The notes beneath the pieces were generated by a model that saw only the letters and a list, made by a program, of their open reading frames with translations, was not told the origin of the DNA and made no database searches. Both the position numbers and the translations under genes were made by a program. From Sedimentisphaera cyanobacteriorum (lineage in GTDB: Bacteria > Planctomycetota > Phycisphaerae > Sedimentisphaerales > Sedimentisphaeraceae): DNA of 32,000 nt. Numbering within the stretch: the first letter of the stretch is position 1; the number at the start of each line of letters is the position of its first letter. Below, piece after piece: positions 1 to 8,033 of this stretch. The stretch lies in contig NZ_CP019633.1 of NCBI RefSeq assembly GCF_001997385.1, positions 870,001-902,000 of the forward strand. Reading direction: 5' to 3'.

Positions 1-665
1 TCATCTTTCAGAGTTGTATCAAGCCACTGCATAAGCTCTTTGGCTTCATTAAAATATTTGTCCTGCTTGGTAATTTGGTAAAATTTTAGGCAGGAAAATG
101 CAGTTGGAGCAACTGAGCAGGTGTTTTTAGATTTTTTATCATCTTCAGGCCAGTTTTCTCTCCAGAAAACACCGCCATTCTGCTTATCAACCCCGCTGAG
201 ACTGTAGTCGATTGTTTTTTTAGCTTTTTTTAGATATTTTTTGTTTCCCGAAGCCTCATATGCATCAATAAAAGCCATTGCAATCCATGCATTGTCGTCG
301 TAATAACGGTCAACGTCAGTGTTTTTATGCACTGGAAGGCAGTTGTATCCGCCTATTCCATCTGAAACAATAAAATATTCATCAATGATTTTGAGCTGTT
401 CATCAAATTCTTTTTTGAAGGAATCGTCAAGCTTTAATGCCTGAGCTTTTGCAAGCAGTAGTATTGCATTCCCCCAAGCAAAAGAAACTTCCTCACGAGA
501 GCTGTCCTCGTAGTAGCCGAGGCCCTGTTCGAATTTAAGATCCTTATCAATTTGATTAAGCGTCTCAAAGCCCCATTTTTTGAAAGGAAGCTCAGAGGCA
601 TAAATGCTTGAGGTGAAGAACATCAAACACAAAATCAGAAAGCATTTTAGTCGATTTGTAAACAT
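1..665 (-). CDS. GH76-like (alpha-1,6-mannanase family) secreted protein; 3' end lies outside the window
   Basis: Absent from the ORF track because it runs off the window edge. A reverse-strand ATG at 663-665 opens a frame that stays open to position 1. It encodes MFTNRLKCFLILCLMFFTSSIYA (signal peptide) ... DRYYDDNAWIAMAFIDAYEASGNKKYL ... GGVFW. The YDDNAW Asp-Asp motif is typical of GH76. Confidence 0.6.
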   Translation of the reverse strand, partial: MFTNRLKCFLILCLMFFTSSIYASELPFKKWGFETLNQIDKDLKFEQGLGYYEDSSREEVSFAWGNAILLLAKAQALKLDDSFKKEFDEQLKIIDEYFIVSDGIGGYNCLPVHKNTDVDRYYDDNAWIAMAFIDAYEASGNKKYLKKAKKTIDYSLSGVDKQNGGVFWRENWPEDDKKSKNTCSVAPTAFSCLKFYQITKQDKYFNEAKELMQWLDTTLKD

Positions 666-785
666 ATAATTTTTCACAGAATTAATTTTAAAAATATGCA
701 GACCGCGATAAAGATTTCTTTTATTTCAATCCTTACACAGCCTGCATATTAAAATAGTGTTTTAATTTTCAGAAATAGTCATCTT

Positions 786-3434
786 TTAATCCTGCTCGAT
801 AATCTGCGCAAGTCCTGCGTCGATATACTGCCCGCCAGTATTCTGGCGGCAATGAATAGCGATAGTGTTTCGGCCTTTTTTCAAGGTCTTCATGGCATCA
901 TCTTTGATTTTATAATGCCCGGGTGAGCTGGTGTATCCATAGAGCTTGGCTGCAAGTTTCCCGTTGATATAAACGGTTGCATCTTCATCGTGGTGAATCA
1001 TAAGCTCGAGTGAGTCTGGTACATCATCAAGATGGAACTTTCTTGTAATCCAGATGTTCGGGCTCTGCCAAACTGTATTAACTTCTGCTGAAGGAGTTCC
1101 GCTTGTACCGAAACCGGCCGCGCCGCGGCTCCATCCTGCGTCAACGGGATTGAACGATGGCTTGTACCAGTTATCATTAGAAGGCTTGTCGAATGTGTAG
1201 TACCACATCTTCGGCTCATCGTAAGACATAGCAACCACAGGCTCAATTTTCGGAGGCTTTGGCAATGGAGCCCACTGCCCTTTCACAGAACCTGCGTTCT
1301 TAACCCATTTATTCCATACCTTCTCGTTGTCCATCAGTTTAATAAACACCCCGCCTACAACAGGACGTGCCTGAAAACCTCTCTGCTCTGCGTTGTGAGT
1401 CCAGTACCAGTCGGTCATAGGTACTCTGTCCGGAGTTTCGCTGATGAACTTTCTCACAGGGGCGATAAGGTCTTTGAAGTCTTTCTTGCTGCCTGTAATT
1501 GATGCTGTCCAGAAGATCCAGTCGAGCTTGGTGTATTTGCTGCGGTTATCCAGAGGAAGGCCGTATTCATTCTGCATCTTCTTGTAGTATTTCATCTCTT
1601 TACGGGCTACAGAATCAGGGAATAAATCAAGATCGAGAATTCTGTCCCATACGAGATTGTATTTCTGGCTCCATGTGCCCGATTTGTCAAATGCAAGGCG
1701 GTAATGATCGCCGTCGTCTGCCATTTCCATCCACTGCCTGGCATATTTCTGAGCTGTTCTGCGATATAATGATGCTCTGGCTTTCTCGCCCATCATATCT
1801 GCCATATCTGCATAGGCTGCCAGAGAAACAATCGCCTTCATTGAAAGATTTACATTATGTGCAAGGTGGCCTGCGAAATCATCGGTGCAGAGCTGGTTTT
1901 CAGGATCGAGACCTTTGCTCTTGAGGTATTCCGCCCAAGAAGAAAGTATGTCCCAGTACTTCCTTGCAAACTCTACATCACCCTCAGCCTTTACTGCCGC
2001 TGCTGTGAGCAGAATCATATTCCCGCATTCTTCAACAGGCATCTGGTTTTCAGCAGAGCGTTCGCCGCCGCCGTAAACCTGACCCATCGCATGCGGATAA
2101 GTTCCTACATCATGCGGTGCAAACGGGAATTTCCAGCGTTCTGAACGTCCGTATTCAAGTATCGGTACAAAAGATGCCTTTGCGAGAGTCGGGTTCAGCA
2201 GCAGCACCTGCGGGGCGAAAGGATAGAACACATCGACTGTACCCATGCAGCCGTTGCTGAAGTTCTCCTTGCTGAACATAAGCGGCATCCCGTTTTCATC
2301 TGCAACTACTTTGTTAGCTGCAAGTGCCTGCCTGTATGCAAGAGAGGCTATCTTAACGTAGTCTTCTCCGCCCGCTTTATAAAGGTCCTGCATAAGCTCT
2401 TTGTCGAAGCTTTCGCATCTATTTTGAAGCTGGGCAAAGTTTTCGGCAGCTGAAGAAAGGATATCCTCAATGGTCTTGCCGTCCTTTTTCCAATAAGCCT
2501 CAAGCTGGTCGCCGAAATACAGTACAGACTTAATATCATCATAAGCCAGCATCATCCTGCAGCTTGCAGTTTTGCCTTTTTCCAGCTTTCTGTCGAATTT
2601 GTATGCCATAACCGGGGCATCTTCTTCAACTCTTCGAGGCATATCCTTATCCATTGTACCGGGCAAATCGCCCCTTGCTGTAAAGTACGCACGGCTTTTA
2701 TGAGCTTGAGCAATCTGGGATTGAGGTTTTTGCCCGTCAGGAGCAGCCATATAGAAATAGCCCCAGTCTATACGAACGTTATCACCTTTCCTTGCCAAGA
2801 CGTTCTGGCTCTTTGTGCCTGTTTTGAGAACATTAAGGCCTTCAAAATCGGGCTTAGACCACTCTACATACTGATTGTTCTGATGAACAGCCAGATCCAT
2901 TCCAGCATCCATATACACAGAAATATCGTGAGATTTTCCATCTGCAGACTTAGCTTCCCATTCAATCCAGACAATAGGCTGGCTCAAAAGGTCTATATCA
3001 TCTGGAAGAGCTGCCTGCATAAATTCAAGCTGGATTTCAGCTCCGCCTGCAAGAAAAGTATAAACTGTTCTTGTAGGATGAACCTCGAGGGAAACCTGCT
3101 CAGCTGGTTCAACATTTTCCGGCTGGCTGCCCATAATACGATATGTTTTCCCGTCTATTCTAACCATAGATACCAGCGGGTGGTCTGTCCCTGTCCAGTG
3201 GCAGGTTTCAGAGCCGTACAGCTGATCTGCCGGAGACCATATACTGAAATAAGGGTCGCATGCAATTAGAGGTACTGAAGGCGGCCTGAAGCTGTTTTCA
3301 CCGGCCTTATCTGCTAAAGAGGTGTTTGCAATAAATGCAATAAATAAGACAGTTAGTACTCCTGCTCCGCGAAAAAGAAAGTTTTTTCTTTGAGCTTTTG
3401 ACGGGCTCACTGCCTCAAAAATCTTGTTACGCAT
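786..3434 (-). CDS. Glutaminase-A-like (DUF4964/DUF5127/DUF4965/DUF1793 architecture) putative glycoside hydrolase with a C-terminal galactose-binding-like domain
   Basis: 882-aa ORF with an N-terminal hydrophobic signal or anchor. The N-terminus (RPPSVPLIACDPYFSIWSPADQL...HWTG..HPLVSMVRIDGKTYRIMG) matches the bacterial glutaminase-like family. The C-terminal ~130 aa (WITRKFHLDD...MIHHDEDATVYINGKL...KKGRNTIAIH) look like a jelly-roll sugar-binding domain. Confidence 0.7.
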   Translation of the reverse strand: MRNKIFEAVSPSKAQRKNFLFRGAGVLTVLFIAFIANTSLADKAGENSFRPPSVPLIACDPYFSIWSPADQLYGSETCHWTGTDHPLVSMVRIDGKTYRIMGSQPENVEPAEQVSLEVHPTRTVYTFLAGGAEIQLEFMQAALPDDIDLLSQPIVWIEWEAKSADGKSHDISVYMDAGMDLAVHQNNQYVEWSKPDFEGLNVLKTGTKSQNVLARKGDNVRIDWGYFYMAAPDGQKPQSQIAQAHKSRAYFTARGDLPGTMDKDMPRRVEEDAPVMAYKFDRKLEKGKTASCRMMLAYDDIKSVLYFGDQLEAYWKKDGKTIEDILSSAAENFAQLQNRCESFDKELMQDLYKAGGEDYVKIASLAYRQALAANKVVADENGMPLMFSKENFSNGCMGTVDVFYPFAPQVLLLNPTLAKASFVPILEYGRSERWKFPFAPHDVGTYPHAMGQVYGGGERSAENQMPVEECGNMILLTAAAVKAEGDVEFARKYWDILSSWAEYLKSKGLDPENQLCTDDFAGHLAHNVNLSMKAIVSLAAYADMADMMGEKARASLYRRTAQKYARQWMEMADDGDHYRLAFDKSGTWSQKYNLVWDRILDLDLFPDSVARKEMKYYKKMQNEYGLPLDNRSKYTKLDWIFWTASITGSKKDFKDLIAPVRKFISETPDRVPMTDWYWTHNAEQRGFQARPVVGGVFIKLMDNEKVWNKWVKNAGSVKGQWAPLPKPPKIEPVVAMSYDEPKMWYYTFDKPSNDNWYKPSFNPVDAGWSRGAAGFGTSGTPSAEVNTVWQSPNIWITRKFHLDDVPDSLELMIHHDEDATVYINGKLAAKLYGYTSSPGHYKIKDDAMKTLKKGRNTIAIHCRQNTGGQYIDAGLAQIIEQD

Positions 3435-3622
3435 AGTTTTCTCCTAAAAATTGAATAAATGACAATGTTACCCTTGAACTTAGAGCTGAACAGATAACAT
3501 TTTTCTTTTAATTACCTATGATATTAAAATGCGAATATGCAACTTAAAAAACAAACCGAATAGAAATTAAGCTATGAAGTTTGAGTTGACTAATCGAATG
3601 AAAAGGAAATAATTATCTGCTT

Positions 3623-4216
3623 ATGAGCGAAGATAAAAACAAAACAATAGACCACAAAAGGATTGAGGCAGCAGTACGCGAAATTCTGCTTGCAATTGGA
3701 GAAGATCCGGACAGAGAAGGGCTCGCAGAAACTCCGCAGAGGGTAGCGAGGATGTACGAAGAGGTGTTCTCAGGGCTTGGTCATCAGCCTTCAGAGCATA
3801 CAGACAAGCTTTTTCATGAAGACTACAACGAGATCGTAGTGCTGAGAGATATCGCATTTTCAAGCACCTGCGAACATCACCTGATGCCTTTCAGCGGAAA
3901 GGCTCATATAGCTTATCTGCCTGATAAGCATATTATTGGTCTCAGCAAACTGGCAAGGGTATTCGACTGCTTTGCAAAGAGACCGCAGGTGCAGGAAAGA
4001 CTCACTATACAGGCAGCAGATTTTCTTATGGAAAGGCTGAGGCCGAAAGGCGTGGCTGTTGTAGTAGAGGCGAGCCACAGCTGCATGACGGTTCGGGGTG
4101 CAAAGAAGCCAGGTTCGTTTATGGTAACAAGCGCTCTTAGAGGCATATTTATAAAAGACCAGAGAAGCAGATCAGAGGTAATGAGCCTTATCAGAGGAGC
4201 AGGCGGAGTTCAATAA
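3623..4216 (+). CDS. folE: GTP cyclohydrolase I
   Basis: 197 aa. Conserved FolE blocks are present: [49 protein letters not shown] and HSCMT.RG. Confidence 0.93.
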   Translation: MSEDKNKTIDHKRIEAAVREILLAIGEDPDREGLAETPQRVARMYEEVFSGLGHQPSEHTDKLFHEDYNEIVVLRDIAFSSTCEHHLMPFSGKAHIAYLPDKHIIGLSKLARVFDCFAKRPQVQERLTIQAADFLMERLRPKGVAVVVEASHSCMTVRGAKKPGSFMVTSALRGIFIKDQRSRSEVMSLIRGAGGVQ

Positions 4217-5020
4217 ATGCACAGGCTTACGCGCCAAATAAGATTCAGTGTTGACCCGTTCGGAAACGAAGGCGATGCTGAAGGCTTCAATTCGTACTGT
4301 TCCAAGCCGGCCGGCCATGGTTTAGGATTTTTCATCTGCCTGAACGTAGAGCTGCAAGGAAGCGTACAGGCCGATACAGGATTTCTAATTAATCTTGCAG
4401 AAATTGATGCCAAAGCTAGAACTGAGGCAGTTAACATTTATAAGAAGAGGATTCAGCAGATGATTTCTGCCGGCAAAAACGTTACCCTCGAAAAGAACGC
4501 TGAAATCCTAATGGAATGCTGGGAAGGACTTCGCAGGAGCTTTAATCCCCAAAAGCTCTCCAGCCTCGAACAGCTCGTAAATCCGTATAAAAAAATAACC
4601 ATTTCAGGAGACAGTAATATGCTCCTATACAGCGAAAAATTTGAATTTGCTGCTACACACAAGCTTTGGAATGAGAATTTTTCAGAGCATAAAAACTTTG
4701 AACAATTCGGGAAATGCGCAAACCCTCAGGGGCATGGGCATAATTACGTAGTGGAAATAACCGCCGAGCCGGAAAACTGGAAAGATTTCGACAGATTCGA
4801 TTTCCAAAAGAAGGTGAAAAAGCTTTTTATAGACAAGCTCGACCACAAAAACCTCAGCAAAGATCTCGAATACTATAAACAGCATAATCCCACTGTAGAA
4901 AACATTACCGTCCACTGCTGGCAGACTCTCAGCGGCAAGCTCAAAGGAGCAAGGCTGGAGAGCGTTAGGATATGGGAAAACGACAGGGCATACTGCACTT
5001 ACAGGGGCGAACAGGAATGA
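4217..5020 (+). CDS. 6-pyruvoyl-tetrahydropterin / 6-carboxy-tetrahydropterin synthase family protein (COG0720), two-module form
   Basis: The ATG directly abuts the folE stop (TAAATG). The C-terminal half carries the full catalytic set: FAATHKL, GKCANPQGHGHNY, LDHKNL, PTVENI and IWENDRAYCTY. The N-terminal half is a degenerate copy (CSKPAGHGLGFFICLNVELQG..ADTGFLINLAEID) without the HGH zinc ligands. Confidence 0.8.
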   Translation: MHRLTRQIRFSVDPFGNEGDAEGFNSYCSKPAGHGLGFFICLNVELQGSVQADTGFLINLAEIDAKARTEAVNIYKKRIQQMISAGKNVTLEKNAEILMECWEGLRRSFNPQKLSSLEQLVNPYKKITISGDSNMLLYSEKFEFAATHKLWNENFSEHKNFEQFGKCANPQGHGHNYVVEITAEPENWKDFDRFDFQKKVKKLFIDKLDHKNLSKDLEYYKQHNPTVENITVHCWQTLSGKLKGARLESVRIWENDRAYCTYRGEQE

Positions 5021-6006
5021 AAATTTTCGTAACAGGCGGAGCAGGTTTTATAGGCTCGCATCTGGTTAGAAGACTGCTCAAAGAAGGCAATGAAGTAGCT
5101 GTGCTTGATAACCTTTCAACCGGCTCACTGGATAATATTGCTGATGTATTGGAGAACCCTGCACTATCTTTTACTGAGGGAGATGTTTGCGATAAAGAGC
5201 TCACCCTCAAGCTCTCCTCCGGCTGCCAGCAGATGTATCATCTCGCTGCTGCAGTGGGTGTTAAGCTGATTATAGACCGCCCTATCCATACCATAAAAAC
5301 AAATATTTACGGCTCTGAGGTGATGCTTGAAACAGCTCAGGAGCACGGAGCAAAACTGCTCATAGCCTCCACCAGCGAGGTGTATGGAAAAACAGAGAAA
5401 GTGCCTTTCTGCGAGGAAGATGATACAATCTACGGCAGCACAACCCATCCCCGCTGGGCTTATGCGTGCAGCAAGGCGGTAGATGAATTTCTCTCGCTTG
5501 CTTATTACCGCCAAACGGGACTGAAGGTGCTTGTTGCAAGATTTTTCAATACAATCGGCCCCGGCCAGACAGGCAGATACGGAATGGTTGTTCCTCGTTT
5601 TATCGATTCTGCACTAAAAAATGAGCCGATTACCGTTTACGGAAGCGGAAAGCAAAGCAGATGCTTCGGGGCGGTATGGGACGTAATCAGGGCTGCGGAT
5701 ATGCTTATGACCAGCGACGATTCCTTTGGTGAGGTGTACAATATTGGCAACGACAAACCTATTACTATAATGCAGCTCGCTGAGCGGATTATTGAGCTTA
5801 CAGGCAGCAAAAGCGAAATAGTGCTTGTGCCTTATGAGAAGGCCTACGGCAAAGACTTCGATGATATGATGGTTCGCCAGCCCTCGCTTGAGAAAGTGAG
5901 CGGAAAAACAGGCTTTAAGCCTGAATACAGCCTTGATATGATTCTTCGGGAAATGATTGAATATCAGCAGAGAAAAAATGAACATTTTTTTGAGAATGCG
6001 CTTTAA
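5017..6006 (+). CDS. NAD-dependent epimerase/dehydratase (extended SDR, UDP-glucuronate decarboxylase/ArnA-C-like)
   Basis: The ORF track starts at 4972. MKIFVTGGAGFIGSHL at 5017 gives the canonical Rossmann N-terminus and an ATGA overlap with the upstream stop (5018-5020). Other motifs: STSEVYG, YACSK (YxxxK) and RFFNTIGPGQ. Confidence 0.8.
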   Translation: MKIFVTGGAGFIGSHLVRRLLKEGNEVAVLDNLSTGSLDNIADVLENPALSFTEGDVCDKELTLKLSSGCQQMYHLAAAVGVKLIIDRPIHTIKTNIYGSEVMLETAQEHGAKLLIASTSEVYGKTEKVPFCEEDDTIYGSTTHPRWAYACSKAVDEFLSLAYYRQTGLKVLVARFFNTIGPGQTGRYGMVVPRFIDSALKNEPITVYGSGKQSRCFGAVWDVIRAADMLMTSDDSFGEVYNIGNDKPITIMQLAERIIELTGSKSEIVLVPYEKAYGKDFDDMMVRQPSLEKVSGKTGFKPEYSLDMILREMIEYQQRKNEHFFENAL

Positions 6007-6054
6007 ACAGCATCAAACAGCGAATGTTCACCGAATACCAATAGCAGGGATTAA

Positions 6055-7458
6055 ATGAATTACAGAACGGAAAAAGACTCACTTGGTGAAAAGCAGATTC
6101 CCGCAGATTCCCTTAGCGGAATACATACAGCAAGAGCGCTGGAGAATTTCGCCGGCATTGGCGGCGATATAAACCCAAGACTCTTAAAGGCCTACGGCTT
6201 TGTCAAGCTCGCCTGTGCGAGTGTGAATCACTCGCTGGATTATCTGGATGGTAAAAAGTTTGCGGCTGTCGAACAGGCGTGCAGAGAGCTCAGCGACGGT
6301 ATTCTCGAACTGCCTCCGTCCCCTGCTGCATTGCAGGGAGGGGCGGGAACATCAACAAATATGTACGTCAACGAGGTTCTTGCCAACCGTGCGCTCAATA
6401 TCCTTGGCCTGCCCTGCGGCAAATACGATAAGATCTCGCCGCTGGATGATATTAATCTTCATCAGTCAACGAACGACACCTACCCAACCGCCCTGAAAAC
6501 AGCAGCTATATTTGCTTCAATCGAGCTTGAGCAGTCAGTAAGCGAGCTTGCAGATTCGTTTCAGGAATCCGAAAGGATATTTTCTGAAATAATTAAGCTG
6601 GGAAGAACCCAGCTTCAGGATGCGGTGCCTATGACTCTCGGACAGTCTTTCGGTGCGTGGGCTGAGGCCTTCAGCAAAGACCGCTGGAGGATTTACAAAT
6701 GCAAAGAAAGACTCAGGGTTATAAATCTCGGCGGAACAGCTACCGGCACAGGAGCCGGAGCAGACAGACGCTTTATCTTTGCAGCTTCAGACGAGCTTAG
6801 GAAAATAACCGGCCTGCCGCTTGCACGTGCTGAGAATCTCGTTCAGGCAACGCAAAATCTTGACGAGATTGTCGAAGTTAGCGGCATACTCAAGGCTCTT
6901 GCTTCGAATATGTTCAAGATTTTCTCAGATATACGCCTGCTCTCAAGCGGCCCAGAAGGCGGTCTCGGAGAACTTCAGCTGCCTCAGAAGCAAGCGGGCT
7001 CATCAGTTATGCCGGGTAAAATAAATCCGGTAATCGCTGAGATGGTTTGTCAGGCGGGTATAGACGCAATCGGCAAAGACTCGGCAATTACAGCCGCTGC
7101 AATGAGCGGACAGCTTGAGCTCAACGCTTTTATGCCTCTGATAGCCGATAATCTGCTTGGGATGTTCGACAATCTGATAACCGCATCACAGCTTGCAAAA
7201 TCGATGCTCGCGGAAGGCATTTCAGCAGACAGAGATAGATGCGAAAGAAACATCCACAGCTCTACAGCGGTTATTACGGCATTTCTGCCGATGTTCGGTT
7301 ATGAGAAATGTTCAGAAATTGCAGAAAAGGCATCCGAAAATGGACAAACGATAAAACAGTATCTTATAGAAAACGGGCTCTGCGAGGAAAGAACCTACAA
7401 AGCAATGACAAGCCCTGATGCAGCAGCTGCCCTCGGTTTCAGAAAACGAAAAGACTGA
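6055..7458 (+). CDS. aspA: Aspartate ammonia-lyase (class II fumarase/aspartase superfamily)
   Basis: 467 aa. Carries the fumarate-lyase signature GSSVMPGKINP. HTARALENF and TQLQDAVPMTLGQSF resemble aspartase more than FumC. An AGGGA RBS lies upstream. Confidence 0.72.
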   Translation: MNYRTEKDSLGEKQIPADSLSGIHTARALENFAGIGGDINPRLLKAYGFVKLACASVNHSLDYLDGKKFAAVEQACRELSDGILELPPSPAALQGGAGTSTNMYVNEVLANRALNILGLPCGKYDKISPLDDINLHQSTNDTYPTALKTAAIFASIELEQSVSELADSFQESERIFSEIIKLGRTQLQDAVPMTLGQSFGAWAEAFSKDRWRIYKCKERLRVINLGGTATGTGAGADRRFIFAASDELRKITGLPLARAENLVQATQNLDEIVEVSGILKALASNMFKIFSDIRLLSSGPEGGLGELQLPQKQAGSSVMPGKINPVIAEMVCQAGIDAIGKDSAITAAAMSGQLELNAFMPLIADNLLGMFDNLITASQLAKSMLAEGISADRDRCERNIHSSTAVITAFLPMFGYEKCSEIAEKASENGQTIKQYLIENGLCEERTYKAMTSPDAAAALGFRKRKD

Positions 7459-7463
7459 TACCA

Positions 7464-7745
7464 TCATCCATCTTCAGCTATCCCTTTATCTAAGAAACCT
7501 CTGCAAATCGAATCCGGATTTTTCAAAATCTTTGAGCCTCTTGTTATCTTGCAAAGGCTTATCCCAAGCTCTGATGCAATTTGTCGCTGTGGAGTGCCGC
7601 TGTGAACCATCTTCAAAAGCTTCCATCTGAGAATAACATCCTTCCTCTCGCTGGGAGTAAGGAGCTCTTCTAAAAAGCATTCCATATCTGCGGCACCGTC
7701 AATTTCAAGTAGTATCTGAATTAGTTCTTTAAAGTCCTGCTGCAT
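7464..7745 (-). CDS. TrpR / YerC-YecD family DNA-binding protein
   Basis: 93 aa. LTPSERKDVILRWKLLKMV..G.PQRQIASELGISLCKITRGSK matches the Trp-repressor-like helix-turn-helix core. The gene is divergent from the 8034 cassette. Confidence 0.75.
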   Translation of the reverse strand: MQQDFKELIQILLEIDGAADMECFLEELLTPSERKDVILRWKLLKMVHSGTPQRQIASELGISLCKITRGSKILKNPDSICRGFLDKGIAEDG

Positions 7746-7751
7746 AATAAG

Positions 7752-7790
7752 TTCTTAAATTCAAAATTGGGAAAATTGTATATTTAAGAA
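7752..7790. promoter_or_regulatory. 9-bp perfect inverted repeat (TTCTTAAAT-N21-ATTTAAGAA) just upstream of the TrpR-like start
   Basis: Arms at 7752-7760 and 7782-7790 are exact reverse complements. The repeat lies 7-45 nt upstream of the minus-strand ATG at 7745. Confidence 0.35.
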
Positions 7791-7888
7791 TATAGCCGAT
7801 TTAAAGCTTTTTGAAACATAAAAATAGCAAACAAAGCACAATTAAATGAAAAAAAATAAAGGCTTTTAAAAATTTTTTAAGTTTTTAC

Positions 7889-7986
7889 TTGAAAAGTTAG
7901 GCTTGCCTTGTAATATAATATTACCCTAACTTTTACGGCTTGCGCTTCGTTGAGTAGTTTTTTTTAATAATAAAGTTAGGGTTGCC
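7889..7986 (+). promoter_or_regulatory. Candidate promoter embedded in three copies of an AAAGTTAGG(G/C)T motif
   Basis: A -35 TTGAAA at 7889-7894 pairs with TAATAT (7911-7916, N16) or TATAAT (7914-7919, N19). AAAAGTTAGG at 7892-7901 and its exact complement CCTAACTTTT at 7925-7934 form a 10-bp inverted repeat with a 23-nt spacer, bracketing the -10. A third, direct copy AAAGTTAGGGTTGCC at 7972-7986 matches 7893-7907 at 14 of 15 positions. Confidence 0.4.
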
Positions 7987-8033
7987 TAAAACGGCATAAA
8001 AGATTACAGAAATGAATTTAGGAGCTTATTAAA

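Noticed and set aside
694-752. 8-bp inverted repeat ATATGCAG...CTGCATAT between the two glycoside-hydrolase genes, considered as a terminator
   Set aside because: The arms are separated by ~40 nt and there is no adjacent T-run on the minus strand. This is not convincing as an intrinsic terminator.
998-3269. Track ORFs inside or antisense to the 882-aa gene (998-1246, 1499-1924, 1857-2144, 1885-2076, 2348-2542, 2700-3269)
   Set aside because: These are shadow frames of a long, well-supported CDS. Their sequences are low-complexity or Cys/Arg/Ser-rich, with no motifs and no RBS context.
4972-5016. Upstream starts given by the ORF track for several genes (4972, 9355, 10380, 16024, 23954)
   Set aside because: Each extension overlaps the preceding gene and lacks an RBS. 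Internal starts at 5017, 9442, 10425, 16087 and 23984 give canonical N-termini (Rossmann motif, signal peptides, lipobox) with RBS or stop-start coupling.
7975-7981. Telomere-like TTAGGG within the repeated motif
   Set aside because: These are single hexamers inside a longer bacterial operator-like motif, not tandemly repeated. The resemblance is coincidental.
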